The notes under the pieces: generated by a model
Told to the model about the DNA's origin: nothing
Databases searched by the model: none
Seen by the model: only the letters and a program-made list of their open reading frames with translations
Shown here: one piece after another, positions 1 to 11,782 of the stretch
Numbering within the stretch: position 1 is the stretch's first letter
Layout: the number at the start of each line of letters is the position of its first letter
Program-made: the position numbers and the translations under genes
Source: Bordetella parapertussis
GTDB taxonomy: Bacteria; Pseudomonadota; Gammaproteobacteria; Burkholderiales; Burkholderiaceae_E
Length of the DNA stretch: 64,000 nt
NCBI GenBank assembly: GCA_945872335.1
Contig: CAMBZS010000001.1
Span: 13,597 to 77,596, forward strand
Direction: 5' to 3'

Positions 1-2
1 AA

Positions 3-1256
3 GCTGCCTTCAAAGGCCGGCGCGAGGTCGCACTGATCGCCTTGTCCCAGCTTGCGCGAACCGATCCGCAGGCCGCAGCCCAGCGGCTTGAGTCAGGGGT
101 GCCCTCACTCACGCCGGGTGATCAGCTCTTCGCATGGTCTCAGGTGGCAGCCGGCGGCATGCGGCGGCTTGCGCCCGAGTCACTTGGCTGGACCCAGCGT
201 GCGGCCAAGGCGCCGGTCAGCGATGACACGCTCAACTGGATGACCCGCGCCGCGCTGCGGGCGCAGAACTGGCCGCTGGTGGCCGCGCTGATCGACCGGA
301 TGAGCGACGAAGGCCGGCGCGACCCCGCCTGGGTTTACTGGCGCGCGCGCGCGCTGCGGGCGGAAGGCCGGGTCGCCGACTCCGACTGGTTGTTGCGCCG
401 CATTGCCGATGAATTCCACTTCTATGGGCAGCTTGCCGCCGAAGACCTTGGCCGGCTCACTATCGTGCCGCCGCAGGCGGCTGCGCCTTCTGACGCCGAC
501 ATCGCCGTCCATTCACGCAATGCCGGTTTTCGACGGGCGCTCAAGTTCTACGAGCTGGGCCTGCGCGTAGAGGGCAATCGCGAGTGGAACCATCAACTGC
601 AGCCCATGAGCGACCGCGAGTTGCTCGCTGCCGCCGCCTGGGCCTGCAGCATCAATGTGCTCGATCGCTGCGTGAACACCGCCGACCGGACCCAGCGCGA
701 ACATGATTTCGCGCTCCGCTTCGTCACGCCCTTCCGCGAACAGGTCAAACGCGCATCGGGTGAGCGCGGGATCGACCCGGCCTGGGTATACGGCCTCATC
801 CGGCAGGAGTCGCGATTCATCATGGACGCGCGCTCGAGCGCCGGCGCGCAAGGCCTGATGCAGATCATGCCGGCAACCGGGCGCTGGATCGCGAAAAAGC
901 TCGATGTGCCCGATTTTCGGGTGGAGCTGCTCTCTGACCGCGACACCAATATCCGTTTCGGCACCTTCTATCTGAAGAACGTGCTCGACGATCTCGACGG
1001 TTCGCCCGTGCTTGCCTCGGCGGGCTACAACGCCGGCCCGGGCCGACCCCGCAACTGGCGCTCAACGCTGGCCGGTCCGGTGGAAGGCGCGATCTTCGCC
1101 GAGATCATTCCGTTTCACGAAACCCGCGACTATGTGAAAAAAGTGCTCTCCAACGCCACCTTCTACGCGTCGCTCTTCACCGGGCAGCCGCAATCCCTCC
1201 GAAGCTGGCTCGGTCAGGTGAATCCCCAGCCGGCCAGCACCACCGCTCTTCCCTGA
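3..1256 (+). CDS. slt: Soluble lytic murein transglycosylase (Slt70-type), C-terminal part; the 5' end lies upstream of the window
   Basis: The frame is open from the window edge with no stop before 42. It carries SLT catalytic-domain signatures: QESRF...AGAQGLMQIMPATG and AGYNAGPG. Confidence 0.85.
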   Translation, partial: AAFKGRREVALIALSQLARTDPQAAAQRLESGVPSLTPGDQLFAWSQVAAGGMRRLAPESLGWTQRAAKAPVSDDTLNWMTRAALRAQNWPLVAALIDRMSDEGRRDPAWVYWRARALRAEGRVADSDWLLRRIADEFHFYGQLAAEDLGRLTIVPPQAAAPSDADIAVHSRNAGFRRALKFYELGLRVEGNREWNHQLQPMSDRELLAAAAWACSINVLDRCVNTADRTQREHDFALRFVTPFREQVKRASGERGIDPAWVYGLIRQESRFIMDARSSAGAQGLMQIMPATGRWIAKKLDVPDFRVELLSDRDTNIRFGTFYLKNVLDDLDGSPVLASAGYNAGPGRPRNWRSTLAGPVEGAIFAEIIPFHETRDYVKKVLSNATFYASLFTGQPQSLRSWLGQVNPQPASTTALP

Positions 1257-1263
1257 CAACGCC

Positions 1264-2220
1264 ATGACCTTCCAACGCATTCTCGTCCTCGGCGCAACCG
1301 GCTTCATCGGTCGCGCCATCGTCGCGCGGCTCGCAGCGCGCGGCCTGCGGGTCACGGTGCCGACCCGCAGGCTGGCTCGCGCCCGCCCGCTCATGCCGCT
1401 ACCCACGGTCGACATCGTTGAAGCCGATATCCATGATGCCCGGGCGCTCGCGTCGCTCGTACGCGGCCATGACGCAGTCATCAATCTGGTTGGCATCCTG
1501 CATGGCCGCGGCGGAAGCCCCTACGGCGCCGAATTCGCGCGTGCCCACGTCGAGCTGCCGCGCAGCCTGGTCGCCGCGTGCGCATCCGCCGGCATCACGC
1601 GGCTTCTGCATATGTCGGCACTTGGGGCCGACGGCCCTTTGCCGCTCCCCTCCATGTATCTGCGCTCCAAGGCAGACGGAGAGCAGGCGGTGATGGGCGC
1701 GCCGCTCGACTGGACGATTTTCCGGCCCTCGGTAGTCTTCGGACCCGATGACCGATTCCTCAACCTGTTCGCCACGCTGCAGCGCTTTGCGCCTGTGATG
1801 CCGCTCGCACGCGCCGACACCCGCTTTCAACCCATCCATGTCGACGATGTGGCCCAAGCCTTCGTGAATGCGCTCGAGTGCCGCGACACCTTCCGTCGCG
1901 GCTACGAGCTAGCCGGTCCGCGCGTATACACGCTGCGCGAGCTGGTGCGGCTTGCCGGGCGGCGGGCTGGCTGCCCACGCCCGGTCATCGGGCTGCCCGA
2001 TATGGCTGGTCGCTTGCAGGCGATGATCCTCGAGGCGCTCCCGGGGCCCACACTGATGTCGCTCGACAACTTCGACTCCATGGCCCGGGACAGCGTCGCG
2101 CGCGCGCCGATTGCGCCGGAGCTCGGCATCGACCCGATTGCCATCGAGGATGCGCCTGGCGATCCGGTTGCCACGCGACAGGAACGGCTCGATCGGAGCC
2201 GCGGGCTCGCCGGGCGCTAG
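1264..2220 (+). CDS. NAD(P)H-binding SDR, complex I NDUFA9-subunit-like / NAD-dependent epimerase family
   Basis: N-terminal Rossmann motif [13 protein letters not shown]. Length 318 aa, high GC3, ATG at 1264 just after the slt stop. Confidence 0.75.
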   Translation: MTFQRILVLGATGFIGRAIVARLAARGLRVTVPTRRLARARPLMPLPTVDIVEADIHDARALASLVRGHDAVINLVGILHGRGGSPYGAEFARAHVELPRSLVAACASAGITRLLHMSALGADGPLPLPSMYLRSKADGEQAVMGAPLDWTIFRPSVVFGPDDRFLNLFATLQRFAPVMPLARADTRFQPIHVDDVAQAFVNALECRDTFRRGYELAGPRVYTLRELVRLAGRRAGCPRPVIGLPDMAGRLQAMILEALPGPTLMSLDNFDSMARDSVARAPIAPELGIDPIAIEDAPGDPVATRQERLDRSRGLAGR

Positions 2221-2263
2221 CCAGGCCGTCTACATTTCCTCGTCAAACTCATCCAGCGCCACG

Positions 2264-3475
2264 ATGCAGATCTACTGTGTCGGCGGCGCGGTACGCGATG
2301 AACTCCTGGGCCGGCCGGTCACAGACCGCGATTGGGTGGTGACCGGCGCCACCCCCGAGCAGATGGCGGCGCTTGGCTTTCGGCCGGTGGGGCGCGACTT
2401 CCCGGTGTTCCTTCATCCCGACACGCACGAGGAGTATGCGCTCGCGCGCACCGAGCGCAAGACCGCGCGAGGGTATCGCGGATTCCAGATCCACAGCTCG
2501 CCCGAGGTCACGCTGGAAGACGACCTGCGAAGGCGCGATCTCACGATCAATGCCATTGCACGCACCGCAGACGGCGCGCTCATCGACCCCTGGGGCGGAC
2601 AGGACGACCTGCGCGCGCGACGGCTTCGCCACGTAAGCGATGCGTTTGCCGAAGACCCGGTTCGAATCCTGAGGCTCGCCCGGTTCGCAGCGCGCCTGCC
2701 CGACTTTTCGGTGGCCCCGGAAACCCTTGCGCTCGCCCGCCAGATGGTGGACGAGGGCGAGGTCGATGCGCTGGTACCCGAGCGCGTCTGGCAGGAGCTG
2801 TCGCGCGGTCTCATGGAGCCGCAGCCCTCGCGCATGTTTCAGGTGCTGCGCGACTGTGGCGCGCTTGCACGACTGCTGCCCGAGCCGGCTGAGATCGACC
2901 TTGCAACGCTGGATGCGGCCGCGCGTTGCGGCGAAGCGCTCGAGATTCGTTATGCGCTTGCCATCGCCCCTCCCGGCGCGCCGAAGGTCGCGCGCGCACG
3001 AAACGAGCGGCTGCGCGTACCAGCCATCTGCGCAGACCTCGCGCTTCTTCTTGCCGAGCAGGGCGCAGACCCATCACCCGATGCACCCTCACCCGATGCA
3101 CCATTGCCAGATGGCGATGCCACGCGCCTGCTGCAACACCTCGAGGCACTCGATGCGCTCCGCCGGCCGGCGCGGGCACTCGCGTTGGTACGGGCGCGCT
3201 CGCATCGCGCCGGATCAGGGGGCGATCGCTGCGATGCGGTCGATGCGGCCGAGGCCGACTGGCGCCAGTTGATCGAAGTGGTGCAAGGCGTCGCAGCCGG
3301 ACCGATCGCAGCCAGCGTACGCGCAGCCGGTGCGCATGATCTCGCCCCTCGCATTCAAACCGCGCTGCGGGTGGCGCGTGGCGCGGCGCTCGCCGCCTTT
3401 CTCGATGCCCGCACCCAGCGCGCCCATTCACCCACCGCCCCGCTCACTCACTCCGTTCAGGGATCCTCACCATGA
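2264..3475 (+). CDS. cca: tRNA nucleotidyltransferase (CCA-adding enzyme), class II, with a degenerate C-terminal HD region
   Basis: [46 protein letters not shown] and RRDLTINA align closely to E. coli Cca. The start was trimmed to the ATG at 2264 because the upstream part of the track ORF overlaps the previous gene. Confidence 0.9.
   Translation: MQIYCVGGAVRDELLGRPVTDRDWVVTGATPEQMAALGFRPVGRDFPVFLHPDTHEEYALARTERKTARGYRGFQIHSSPEVTLEDDLRRRDLTINAIARTADGALIDPWGGQDDLRARRLRHVSDAFAEDPVRILRLARFAARLPDFSVAPETLALARQMVDEGEVDALVPERVWQELSRGLMEPQPSRMFQVLRDCGALARLLPEPAEIDLATLDAAARCGEALEIRYALAIAPPGAPKVARARNERLRVPAICADLALLLAEQGADPSPDAPSPDAPLPDGDATRLLQHLEALDALRRPARALALVRARSHRAGSGGDRCDAVDAAEADWRQLIEVVQGVAAGPIAASVRAAGAHDLAPRIQTALRVARGAALAAFLDARTQRAHSPTAPLTHSVQGSSP
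3074..3118 (+). repeat. In-frame tandem 15-bp repeat inside cca (tcacccgatgcaccc, tcacccgatgcacca, then a degenerate third copy) encoding [15 protein letters not shown]
   Basis: Direct reading of 3074-3103 (two near-identical 15-mers) plus a degenerate copy at 3104-3118. Confidence 0.85.
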
Positions 3476-4446
3476 AAGCGCTCCTTTGCCGCCAGCACGG
3501 CTTACCCGACACGCTGGTCTACGACGATATCGACGACCCGACTCCGGAAGCTGATGACGTGGTGGTCGATGTCAAGGCGGCGGGCGTCAATTTTCCAGAC
3601 GTTCTCATCATCCAGAACAAATATCAGGCCAAGCCTGCGCTGCCATTCGCCCCCGGCGCCGAATTCTCCGGTGTGGTGAGCGCAATCGGGCGCAACGTGA
3701 CGGACCGCCGAGTGGGGGATCGGGTCATCGGTTCGGTCACCTATGGCGCATTCGCGGAAAAAGTGAAGCTCCCGGCCTCGCGCACCATTCAGATGCCGCC
3801 AAGCCTCGACTTTGAACGCGGCGCGGCCTTTCTGCTCACTTACGGTACCTCATATCACGCGCTGGTCGACCGCGGCGCGCTCCAGGCAGGCGAGACGCTG
3901 CTGGTACTGGGCGCGGCCGGCGGGGTGGGACTCGCCGCGATTGAAATCGGGAAGGCCCTGGGCGCCCGGGTGATTGCCGCCGCCTCGAGCGCGGAGAAGC
4001 TCGCCGTCTGCCGCGAGCACGGCGCCGATGAGTTCATCGATTATTCGACCGAGGATCTGCGCGAACGACTGCGCGCAATCACCGGCGGGCGTGGCCCCGA
4101 CGTGATCTACGACCCGGTGGGCGGAGGCTATGCGGAGCCCGCCTTTCGCTCAATCGCCTGGCGGGGCCGCTATCTGGTGATCGGCTTTGCCAACGGCGAG
4201 ATCCCGAAGCTGCCGCTCAACCTCGCGCTCCTGAAAGGCGCAGCCATCGTGGGCGTGTTCTGGGGTCAGTACACACAACTGGAGCCGGCCAGCTTTCATG
4301 CCGATGTGGAACGGATGTTTGGCTGGATCACAGAGGGAAAGCTGAACCCGCACATCTCGGCACGATTTTCACTGGCGGAGGGCGCGCGCGCGCTCGAGCA
4401 CCTGCTCGCGCGGCGCGCAACCGGCAAGGTGGTGGTGCTGCCCTGA
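3472..4446 (+). CDS. NADPH:quinone oxidoreductase / zinc-type alcohol dehydrogenase superfamily (MDR)
   Basis: [20 protein letters not shown] and the cofactor motif [26 protein letters not shown]. The ATG overlaps the cca stop (ATGA). Confidence 0.85.
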   Translation: MKALLCRQHGLPDTLVYDDIDDPTPEADDVVVDVKAAGVNFPDVLIIQNKYQAKPALPFAPGAEFSGVVSAIGRNVTDRRVGDRVIGSVTYGAFAEKVKLPASRTIQMPPSLDFERGAAFLLTYGTSYHALVDRGALQAGETLLVLGAAGGVGLAAIEIGKALGARVIAAASSAEKLAVCREHGADEFIDYSTEDLRERLRAITGGRGPDVIYDPVGGGYAEPAFRSIAWRGRYLVIGFANGEIPKLPLNLALLKGAAIVGVFWGQYTQLEPASFHADVERMFGWITEGKLNPHISARFSLAEGARALEHLLARRATGKVVVLP

Positions 4447-4461
4447 GCGGGCGCACAGCGC

Positions 4462-4656
4462 TCAGAGCAGATGAGCGATGCCAGCCGCAAGCAGCGACAG
4501 CAGCACTGTGGACATGATGGGGAGCGAAATTTCCCGACCAAACAGCGTGAAGCTGAAATCGCCCGGCAGTCGCCCGATGCCGAAGCGACGCAGGAATGGC
4601 ATCAGCCCGGAAAAGAGGGCGAGCGCAATCACCGTGGCAATCAGCCATTTGATCAT
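4462..4656 (-). CDS. Small membrane protein, DUF2905-like (64 aa, two TM segments)
   Basis: MIKWLIATVIALALFSGLMPFLRRFGIGRLPGDFSF...LLSLLAAGIAHLL. Trimmed to the internal Met; the longer track ORF has an Arg/Gly-rich N-terminus that does not look coding. Confidence 0.6.
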   Translation of the reverse strand: MIKWLIATVIALALFSGLMPFLRRFGIGRLPGDFSFTLFGREISLPIMSTVLLSLLAAGIAHLL

Positions 4657-4685
4657 CGCCCGATTATCGCACCCGGTCGAGCGCA

Positions 4686-5627
4686 ATGCCGCCCCGCTCG
4701 AGAGGCCGGGCGATGAACACTGAGCGCCCGAGCCCCGAACCCGCACCGACGGGCCGCCTCGACCATACCCTTCCGGTGCTTCGGGCGATGCTGTGGGCGA
4801 CCGCAGGCGGCATCATCCTGTGCCTGCTCAACGCGGTGTCACGCGGCCTGACCCATGAAATGGATCCGGCGCAGGTCATGTTCCTGCGCTATCTCGCCGG
4901 ATTCGCGCTGATGGTGCCATTCGCGCTTCGCGCCGGGCGCACACGCTGGCGAACCGGTGATCTGCCGGGTCATCTGCTGCGCGGCCTGATCCACACCCTC
5001 GCACTTACCATGTGGTTCATCGCGCTACCCACGGTGAGCCTTGCCGATACCACCGCCATCGGCTTTACCACGCCGATTTTCCTGATGCTCGGTGCAGGGC
5101 TGTTGCTGGGCGAGACCATGATGGCAGCGCGCTGGATCGCGGCTGCGATCGGCTTTGCCGGGGTGCTGATTGTCGTGGGGCCTTCGCTGGGCGGCTCAGC
5201 GGGCGGCGCCATGCTGCTGCTGCTCGCCTCGGCACCCATGTTTGCTGCCACCATGCTCATGAGCAAACGCCTTGCGCGGCGCGACGGGCCCTCGGTTCTC
5301 GTGCTCTGGCAGGCGGCATCCATCACGCTCCTGTCCGCACCACTCGCGATCTATCAGTGGCAACCTGTCACGCTGTCGCAGGCGCTTCTCATTCTGCTGG
5401 CAGGCGTACTCGGTAACATCGGCCAGTATGCGGTGACGCGCTCATTTCATCGCACCGATATCTCGGCCACGCAGTCGGTGCGCTTCCTCGATCTGCTATG
5501 GGCTTCGCTCTTCGGCTGGATGTTCTTCAGCGATGTGCCCACCCACACGACGCTCGCGGGCGGGGCGGTCATCCTGGCCTCATCGCTCTGGATTGCCCGC
5601 CGCGAATCACGGGCTGCCAGACCCTAG
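4686..5627 (+). CDS. DMT superfamily (EamA-like) transporter
   Basis: About 10 predicted hydrophobic helices in two EamA-like halves. An alternative ATG at 4713 is possible. Confidence 0.75.
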   Translation: MPPRSRGRAMNTERPSPEPAPTGRLDHTLPVLRAMLWATAGGIILCLLNAVSRGLTHEMDPAQVMFLRYLAGFALMVPFALRAGRTRWRTGDLPGHLLRGLIHTLALTMWFIALPTVSLADTTAIGFTTPIFLMLGAGLLLGETMMAARWIAAAIGFAGVLIVVGPSLGGSAGGAMLLLLASAPMFAATMLMSKRLARRDGPSVLVLWQAASITLLSAPLAIYQWQPVTLSQALLILLAGVLGNIGQYAVTRSFHRTDISATQSVRFLDLLWASLFGWMFFSDVPTHTTLAGGAVILASSLWIARRESRAARP

Positions 5628-5655
5628 TACCGGCTCGCCACCCGATCACGCGAGG

Positions 5656-6924
5656 TCAGGCGATCAGCACCGCTCGACGATCCCTGCCGTCAAGCAGCAG
5701 CGGCTCACAGGCCGGGTCCGATCCCAATGCAATGACCTTGAAGAGTTCGCCCATTTCGGCTTCGGACACCAGGAGCTGAAGCGCGTGGGCCGCGCGAATG
5801 CGCTCGGCCGGGTCCGCGGCAGACACCCTTTGCGAAAACAACTCGGCCAGCCCGCAACCCAGCAGAAAGGCGCTCTGCGCGCCGTAGCCGAGGCAGGTCA
5901 GGCCGGCGGCGGTGGCCGCATCGTGCACAGCGCTGAAGTCGACATGCGCAGTGATGTCGCACAAGCCCGGGCTCCAGAGCGGATCGGCGTGCGAGCGGTG
6001 CCGGTAGTGACAATTGAGCGTGCCCGAGGCACGCGCCGGGTGATAGAACTCGGCAGCGGGAAATCCGTAATCGATCAGCAGCATCACGCCTGCGCCCAGT
6101 CGCTCGGCCACGCTAGCTACCCAGGCCGACGCCTGCTCACCGATCTCGCCGTGATACGAGCCCAGCGGTGGCGCATCGGGCCAGCCCGCGCGCGCAAGCC
6201 TCGCCCGCACGCGACGGGCGAACGCGGCATCGGGCGCACGCGTGCCAAGCCGCAGACCCGACGCAGACGGAGAACCATCCGTGCCCGCATGCTGGCGCGA
6301 TCCGCGCAGCGATTCATGCGCTGATCCCGGCACGCGTTCAACCACCCGCTCGCAGAGCTCCCCGTTTTCCATTGAGAAAAGCTCGACCGGCAAGGCATCG
6401 AGCAGCTCGTTGGCGAGCACGATGCCATCGATCCGATCCGGCAACGCAGCGAGCCATTGCACGCGCTCGAGCGCGCGTGGGTGGCTCGCTGCGAGCGTGG
6501 CCTGTTGGCGCGCACGAAGCTCGGCCGACAGCTCGATGATGCGGTACTCGACCGTGTCATGGCCCAGCGCGTCAAGCTCGGACAGCACCTGCGCGGCAAG
6601 CGCGCCCGAACCGGCACCGAACTCCCAGATGCAGGGCGAGAGCGCCGGCAACCAGCGTGCGAGCTGCACGGCCACGCAGGCGCCAAAGAGCGGGGAGAGC
6701 TCCGGTGCCGTCACAAAGTCGCCGGCCGCACCAAACTTGCGGCGACCACCTGCGTAATAGCCCAACCCGGGCTCGTACAGCGCGATCGCCATGTAGTGGT
6801 CAAAGCTGATCGCCCCGCCCGCGCTCACGATGGCCTCGCGCACACGCGCCTCGACCCGCGCCGAGATCTCCCGCTCGGCGGGATCGGGGTCGGGCAGGAC
6901 AGCGTGAGGATTGGCCATGGACAT
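5656..6924 (-). CDS. Class I SAM-dependent methyltransferase, MidA/NDUFAF7 (DUF185) family
   Basis: GDFVTAPELSPLFG and the SAM-binding EFGAGSGALA motifs; 422 aa. Confidence 0.75.
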   Translation of the reverse strand: MSMANPHAVLPDPDPAEREISARVEARVREAIVSAGGAISFDHYMAIALYEPGLGYYAGGRRKFGAAGDFVTAPELSPLFGACVAVQLARWLPALSPCIWEFGAGSGALAAQVLSELDALGHDTVEYRIIELSAELRARQQATLAASHPRALERVQWLAALPDRIDGIVLANELLDALPVELFSMENGELCERVVERVPGSAHESLRGSRQHAGTDGSPSASGLRLGTRAPDAAFARRVRARLARAGWPDAPPLGSYHGEIGEQASAWVASVAERLGAGVMLLIDYGFPAAEFYHPARASGTLNCHYRHRSHADPLWSPGLCDITAHVDFSAVHDAATAAGLTCLGYGAQSAFLLGCGLAELFSQRVSAADPAERIRAAHALQLLVSEAEMGELFKVIALGSDPACEPLLLDGRDRRAVLIA

Positions 6925-7094
6925 GGAGCAGATTATCCTCCGCCCTCAATCGCTCGCAGGATCCCGATCGGCCGACTGCCGGGCGCAGCGCGCTGCCCGG
7001 ATGCTTTAAACTGCCTGCGCGCAAGCGCCGTGGCTTCAATGCGGGCGCGCGTCACCCCGCGCCGGTTCCTTGAAAAACCCAGACCACTGCCCCA

Positions 7095-7839
7095 GATGTC
7101 CGCCGCCCCCGTTGTGCTCATCACCGGCGCCGCCCGCCGTATCGGCGCCGGCATGGCGCGCTTTTTTCACACACGCGGCTGTCGCGTCGTCATCCACTAC
7201 CGGCAATCGGCCATGCAGGCTGAGGCGCTCTGCGCCGAGCTTTGCGCGCTGCGGCCACAGTCGGCGCTCGCGGTCACCGCCGACCTGGCAAACGCCGAGG
7301 GCTGCGCGGCGGTGGTCAATGCCGCCCTGGCCTGGCAGGGTCGGTTGGACGGTCTGGTGAACAATGCCTCCACCTTCATCCGATCCGATCTCGGCCAGGT
7401 TGACGAGGCGCACTGGGCATATCTGATCGACGGCAATTTGAAAGCGGCGTTTTTCTGCAGCCAGTACGCGGCGCCATCGCTGCGCGCCTCGGGTGGAGCG
7501 ATCGTCAATGTCTGCGATGTGCGAACCGATCGGCCGCTACCGGGCTTTTCGGTGTACACCGCAGCCAAGGCCGGCATCGTGTCGCTCACCCGCTCGCTCG
7601 CACTTGAGCTCGCCCCGCAGGTGCGGGTCAACGCCCTCGCACCGGGATCCCTCACCTGGCCGGAAGACGATACCTTCGACGCAAGCGAGCGCGCGCGAAT
7701 CGAGGCGGCAATTCCCCTGGCGCGGATCGGTGACGGATCGGACATGGGTCAGGTTGCGTTCTTTCTGCTGCGCGAAGCGCACTATGTGACCGGACAGGTG
7801 ATCGCGGTCGATGGCGGTGCGGGCCTCGCCAGTCCATGA
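7095..7839 (+). CDS. Pteridine reductase / dihydromonapterin reductase-like SDR (FolM-like)
   Basis: VVLITGAARRIGAGMA cofactor motif and catalytic YTAAKAG. It sits directly upstream of folB. Trimmed to the ATG at 7095, because the track ORF start at 6457 is antisense to the MidA gene. Confidence 0.75.
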
Positions 7840-7854
7840 AACCTCACTGAACCG

Positions 7855-8232
7855 ATGATGAGCGAACGATTTCCCGATTGCTACCGGATCGTGGTGCAAA
7901 GTACCCAGGTGGAATGCCTGCTCGGCGTGTATGAACACGAGCAGCGGCAGCCGCGCCATATCGGCGTTGAGGTGGAGTTATTTGTGCCGATCACCGCGCC
8001 GGCCGCGCGCGACGATCGGCTCTCCGGCACCGTCAATTACGAAGCGGTGATGCAGGCGATTCTCCGCACCGCGGCGAGCCGGCGCTTCAAGCTCGTCGAG
8101 TCGCTCTGCTCGAGCCTGCTCGATGACCTTGCACAACTGCCTGGCCTGCGTGCCGTGAAGGTCACCATCATCAAGCCGCAGCCGATGCCGGGTCTGGAAT
8201 CGGTGCGGATCGAACAATGGAGAGCGCTGTGA
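7855..8232 (+). CDS. folB: Dihydroneopterin aldolase
   Basis: 125 aa. [23 protein letters not shown] and NYEAV...FKLVESLC match the FolB pattern, and the gene is adjacent to a pteridine reductase. Confidence 0.75.
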   Translation: MMSERFPDCYRIVVQSTQVECLLGVYEHEQRQPRHIGVEVELFVPITAPAARDDRLSGTVNYEAVMQAILRTAASRRFKLVESLCSSLLDDLAQLPGLRAVKVTIIKPQPMPGLESVRIEQWRAL

Positions 8233-9164
8233 ACGCCGAACGGCTCGCCCGGGAGCGCAACAAGCTCCACAAGAGGCTGCTTCGCCAGACCGGACAGGCG
8301 ATTGCAGATTTCGGCATGATCGGAGAGGGCGATCGGGTGATGGTGTGTCTGTCGGGCGGCAAGGACAGCTATTCGATGCTCGATCTGCTTCTCACCCTGC
8401 GCGAACGATCGCCAGTGAAATTCGAGATCATTGCGGTCAATCTCGATCAGAAGCAGCCCGGCTTTCCAGAGCATGTGCTGCCCGATTACCTGCGCTCGAT
8501 CGGTGTGCCCTTTCACATTGAAAACCAGGATACCTACTCCATCGTCACGCGGGTAATCCCGGCTGGCAAGACCATGTGCTCGCTCTGCTCGCGGCTGCGT
8601 CGCGGCATTCTGTATCGGGTGGCCTCCGAGCTGGGTGCGACCCGCATTGCGCTGGGCCACCACCGCGACGACATCCTGGCCACCTTCTTTCTCAACCTAT
8701 TCTATGGCGGCAAGCTCAAGTCCATGCCGCCCAAGCTGGTCTCGGACGATGGCCGACACGTGGTGATCCGCCCGCTTGCCTATGTGCACGAGGACGATCT
8801 GGTCGCTTACTCGCAGTGGCGCGAGTTCCCCATCATTCCATGCAACCTGTGCGGCTCGCAGGAGCACCTGAAGCGGCGCGAGGTGGCCGAGATGCTGCGG
8901 CAATGGGACAAACGCCACCCGGGCCGGACCGAGCATATTTTTTCGGCGCTGGGGTCGATTGCTCCGTCACATCTGCTTGACCGCGCGCTGTTCGATTTCC
9001 AGTCGCTCAAGCCTTCGGGCAAGCCCGACTCCGAGGGCGACATCGGCTTCGATGTGGATCCGGTGTTCGAGTCGCATGCCGCGCCCGCGTCGCAGGCGGC
9101 GCCGGTCACCTTTCTTGAGCGCACACGGCCAGCGGCACCCGCCGATGCCGGACAGGCCGGCTGA
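8217..9164 (+). CDS. ttcA: tRNA 2-thiocytidine(32) synthetase
   Basis: PP-loop [12 protein letters not shown], Cys motifs [10 protein letters not shown] and CNLCGSQ, and N-terminal similarity to E. coli TtcA ([19 protein letters not shown]). Confidence 0.9.
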   Translation: MESAVNAERLARERNKLHKRLLRQTGQAIADFGMIGEGDRVMVCLSGGKDSYSMLDLLLTLRERSPVKFEIIAVNLDQKQPGFPEHVLPDYLRSIGVPFHIENQDTYSIVTRVIPAGKTMCSLCSRLRRGILYRVASELGATRIALGHHRDDILATFFLNLFYGGKLKSMPPKLVSDDGRHVVIRPLAYVHEDDLVAYSQWREFPIIPCNLCGSQEHLKRREVAEMLRQWDKRHPGRTEHIFSALGSIAPSHLLDRALFDFQSLKPSGKPDSEGDIGFDVDPVFESHAAPASQAAPVTFLERTRPAAPADAGQAG

Positions 9165-9173
9165 GTCGCATCG

Positions 9174-10751
9174 ATGGGCACGCTGCGTCTGATCCGTATT
9201 CTCTTTGTCGCCTGGCGTTTCGGGCTCGATGAAATCGCCGCGCAAGGGGCAGCGGCCACGCTCGGATCGCGATGGCTGCTTGCGTTCGCGCGGCTGCTCA
9301 GGCTTGGCCGGCAGCTCGATGCGCCGCGCGGCGAGCGGCTGCGCCGCACGCTCGAAAGCCTGGGGCCCATCTTCGTCAAATTCGGGCAGGTGCTCTCGAC
9401 GCGGCGCGACCTCATGCCCACCGATATCGCAGATGAGCTCGCACACCTGCAAGACCGCGTGCCGCCCTTTCCGGGCGAACTCGCCGTGCGCGAGATCGAG
9501 GCCGGCCTCGGTAAGCCAATCGATGAGCTGTTTGACGATTTCGACCGCGTGCCAGTCGCCTCGGCCTCCATTGCGCAGGTCCACTTCGCGCGACTGAAAG
9601 ACGGCCGGGCCGTCGCGGTCAAGGTGCTGCGGCCCGACATGCGGCCGGTGATCGAGCGCGATCTCGCGCTCCTTCGCACGATCGGTCAGCTGCTCGTGAA
9701 AATCTCTGCCGACGCGAGGCGGCTGCGCCCGCTGGAGGTGATTGGCGAGTTCGACAACTATCTGCACGACGAGCTCGATCTCATCCGCGAGGCCGCCAAC
9801 GCAGCCCAGCTACGGCGAAATTTCGCCAACTCCAGACTGCTCCGGATCCCCGAAGTGCACTGGGACTGGTGTACCTCCAGCGTGTTCACCATGGACCGGA
9901 TGCACGGCATTCCGATCGGGCAGATCGACCGGATGCGCGAGGCCGGCATCGATCTGAAAAAGCTCTCGCGCGATGGTGTCGAAATCTTCTTTACCCAGGT
10001 ATTCCGCCACGGCTTCTTTCACGCCGACATGCATCCCGGCAACATCCTGGTGGGCGATTCGGGTGATGACTTCAACCGTTATATCGCGCTCGATTTCGGC
10101 ATCGTCGGCACGCTCTCAGAATTCGACAAGAACTATCTTGCGCAGAATTTTCTCGCCTTCTTCCGGCGCGATTACCGGCGGGTGGCCGAGCTTCATGTCG
10201 AGTCGGGCTGGGTCCCGGCGCAAACCCGCGTCGAAGAGCTCGAAGGCGCGGTGCGGGCCTGCTGCGAGCCGTTCTTTGACCGGCCGCTCCGCGAAATCTC
10301 GCTCGGGCTGGTGCTGATGCGCCTGTTCCAGGCATCACGCCGATTCAATGTCGCAATCCAGCCGCAGCTCGTACTGCTTCAGAAGACGCTGCTCAATATC
10401 GAGGGCCTCGGTCGCCAGCTCGATCCCGACCTCGATCTGTGGGTGACCGCCAAGCCGATTCTGGAGCGCTGGATGAATGAGCAGATTGGCTGGGCAGGCT
10501 TTGTCGGCAGGCTTCGCACCGAAGCGCCACAGTGGGCCAACACCTTGCCGCAGCTGCCCCGGTTGGTCCACGCCGCGTTGACGGCACAGGTCGACCGCGG
10601 TCGGGTCGATGGGCTTGCCAGCGCGAGGCTCGATGCGCTGATGCGCGAGCAGCGGCGAATGCGGCGGTGGGTTGCGCTCCTGTGCGTGCTGGTGATCGCG
10701 ATGACGCTCACCCAGCTCCTGCCAGCGCTCGCGTTGCTTGTTGATCGCTAG
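9174..10751 (+). CDS. ubiB: Ubiquinone biosynthesis regulatory protein kinase UbiB (ABC1/ADCK family)
   Basis: [40 protein letters not shown] and DFGIVG, with a C-terminal TM segment. Confidence 0.9.
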   Translation: MGTLRLIRILFVAWRFGLDEIAAQGAAATLGSRWLLAFARLLRLGRQLDAPRGERLRRTLESLGPIFVKFGQVLSTRRDLMPTDIADELAHLQDRVPPFPGELAVREIEAGLGKPIDELFDDFDRVPVASASIAQVHFARLKDGRAVAVKVLRPDMRPVIERDLALLRTIGQLLVKISADARRLRPLEVIGEFDNYLHDELDLIREAANAAQLRRNFANSRLLRIPEVHWDWCTSSVFTMDRMHGIPIGQIDRMREAGIDLKKLSRDGVEIFFTQVFRHGFFHADMHPGNILVGDSGDDFNRYIALDFGIVGTLSEFDKNYLAQNFLAFFRRDYRRVAELHVESGWVPAQTRVEELEGAVRACCEPFFDRPLREISLGLVLMRLFQASRRFNVAIQPQLVLLQKTLLNIEGLGRQLDPDLDLWVTAKPILERWMNEQIGWAGFVGRLRTEAPQWANTLPQLPRLVHAALTAQVDRGRVDGLASARLDALMREQRRMRRWVALLCVLVIAMTLTQLLPALALLVDR

Positions 10752-10871
10752 GCAGCAGGGAACCGCCGAGCCGCGCCTTGGCCCGACGTTTCCGCGCGGT
10801 GCCGCAGCCTGATGCGGGGCCACATGCCTGCGCCTGTGCTGCGCCCCTGACCGATACCCGGCACGCGTCCG

Positions 10872-11762
10872 TCAGGGTCGGGTTGCCCGGCTGATCATGC
10901 GCAGCACATCGCGTTCGATATCCCCCAGCTTGGCCCGCATGTGCTCGCGCTGGCCGCGACTTGCGGTATTGAGCATGGCCGCGGCGACGCGGTCACCATT
11001 CTCGGCGTTGGCGGCGAGCCGGCGTGCCCGCTCCGGGTCCTCGCTCTGCCAGAATCCCGCCAGCAGTGCGGCGCTCCAGGCGAGCGCCTGCTCGCGCGGC
11101 GGGCGCTCCTTGGCGATCCGCCGGGCAAGACGCACCAGACGCTCGTTTCTCGCCTGCCGCTCATCGAGCCACGCCGCTTCATCGGAGGGCTGTTCGCCGG
11201 CCAGGCGGCGGAGCTCGGCGCGCTGGGCAGCGGTGAGATCGCCCAGCAGCCACTCCATCCGCTCCTGCCAGCGCTCGATGCGGGCCTCGAGCCGTTCGTC
11301 GGCCGAACCGCCCAGGGACTTGCGACGCAGCTCCGCCGTGCTGTCGGCCAACCGACGCTCAAGACGGTCGATCTGCGCCGGGCGCAGGGTGAGCGCGAGA
11401 TCGGCGAGGTCGGGGGCGATGCGCTCGGCAGGTGCCTGCCACAGCGTAAACATCTGAGTCCGCCAGGCTCCGAGGTCGGCGGCGGTCAGTGGCGCATCGA
11501 GCCTGCTGACAGCAGCTTCGATCAGGGTTGCATAGCGCGGCATCTGCGTCTGGCGATGCCACGCGTGGAGGCTATCGAGACGATCGCTTGCGAGCCCGCG
11601 CTGCGCCGAGTCAAGGGACAGATGACGCTCGAGTTGCCACAGACCAAACCAGGGCAGCATCTCGTAACCCAGGCGGGCGACGGTACATCCGGCAAGTAGC
11701 ATGACTGCGATCAGCATCACGCATCCGCGCCCCACCCGCGTGCTAATCTTGTTTGGTTGCAC
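10872..11762 (-). CDS. Putative lipoprotein of unknown function (helical, Arg/Glu/Trp-rich)
   Basis: GTG start. The signal sequence has lipobox LLAGC at residues 22-26, and GC3 is high. The family was not confidently recognised. Confidence 0.55.
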   Translation of the reverse strand: MQPNKISTRVGRGCVMLIAVMLLAGCTVARLGYEMLPWFGLWQLERHLSLDSAQRGLASDRLDSLHAWHRQTQMPRYATLIEAAVSRLDAPLTAADLGAWRTQMFTLWQAPAERIAPDLADLALTLRPAQIDRLERRLADSTAELRRKSLGGSADERLEARIERWQERMEWLLGDLTAAQRAELRRLAGEQPSDEAAWLDERQARNERLVRLARRIAKERPPREQALAWSAALLAGFWQSEDPERARRLAANAENGDRVAAAMLNTASRGQREHMRAKLGDIERDVLRMISRATRP

Positions 11763-11782
11763 GCCCCTATTCTAATCGGCTC

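Noticed and set aside
6457-7094. 5' extension of the folM-like ORF (460 aa in the track)
   Set aside because: The extension is antisense to the MidA-type methyltransferase gene and lacks SDR features. The Rossmann motif begins right after the ATG at 7095.
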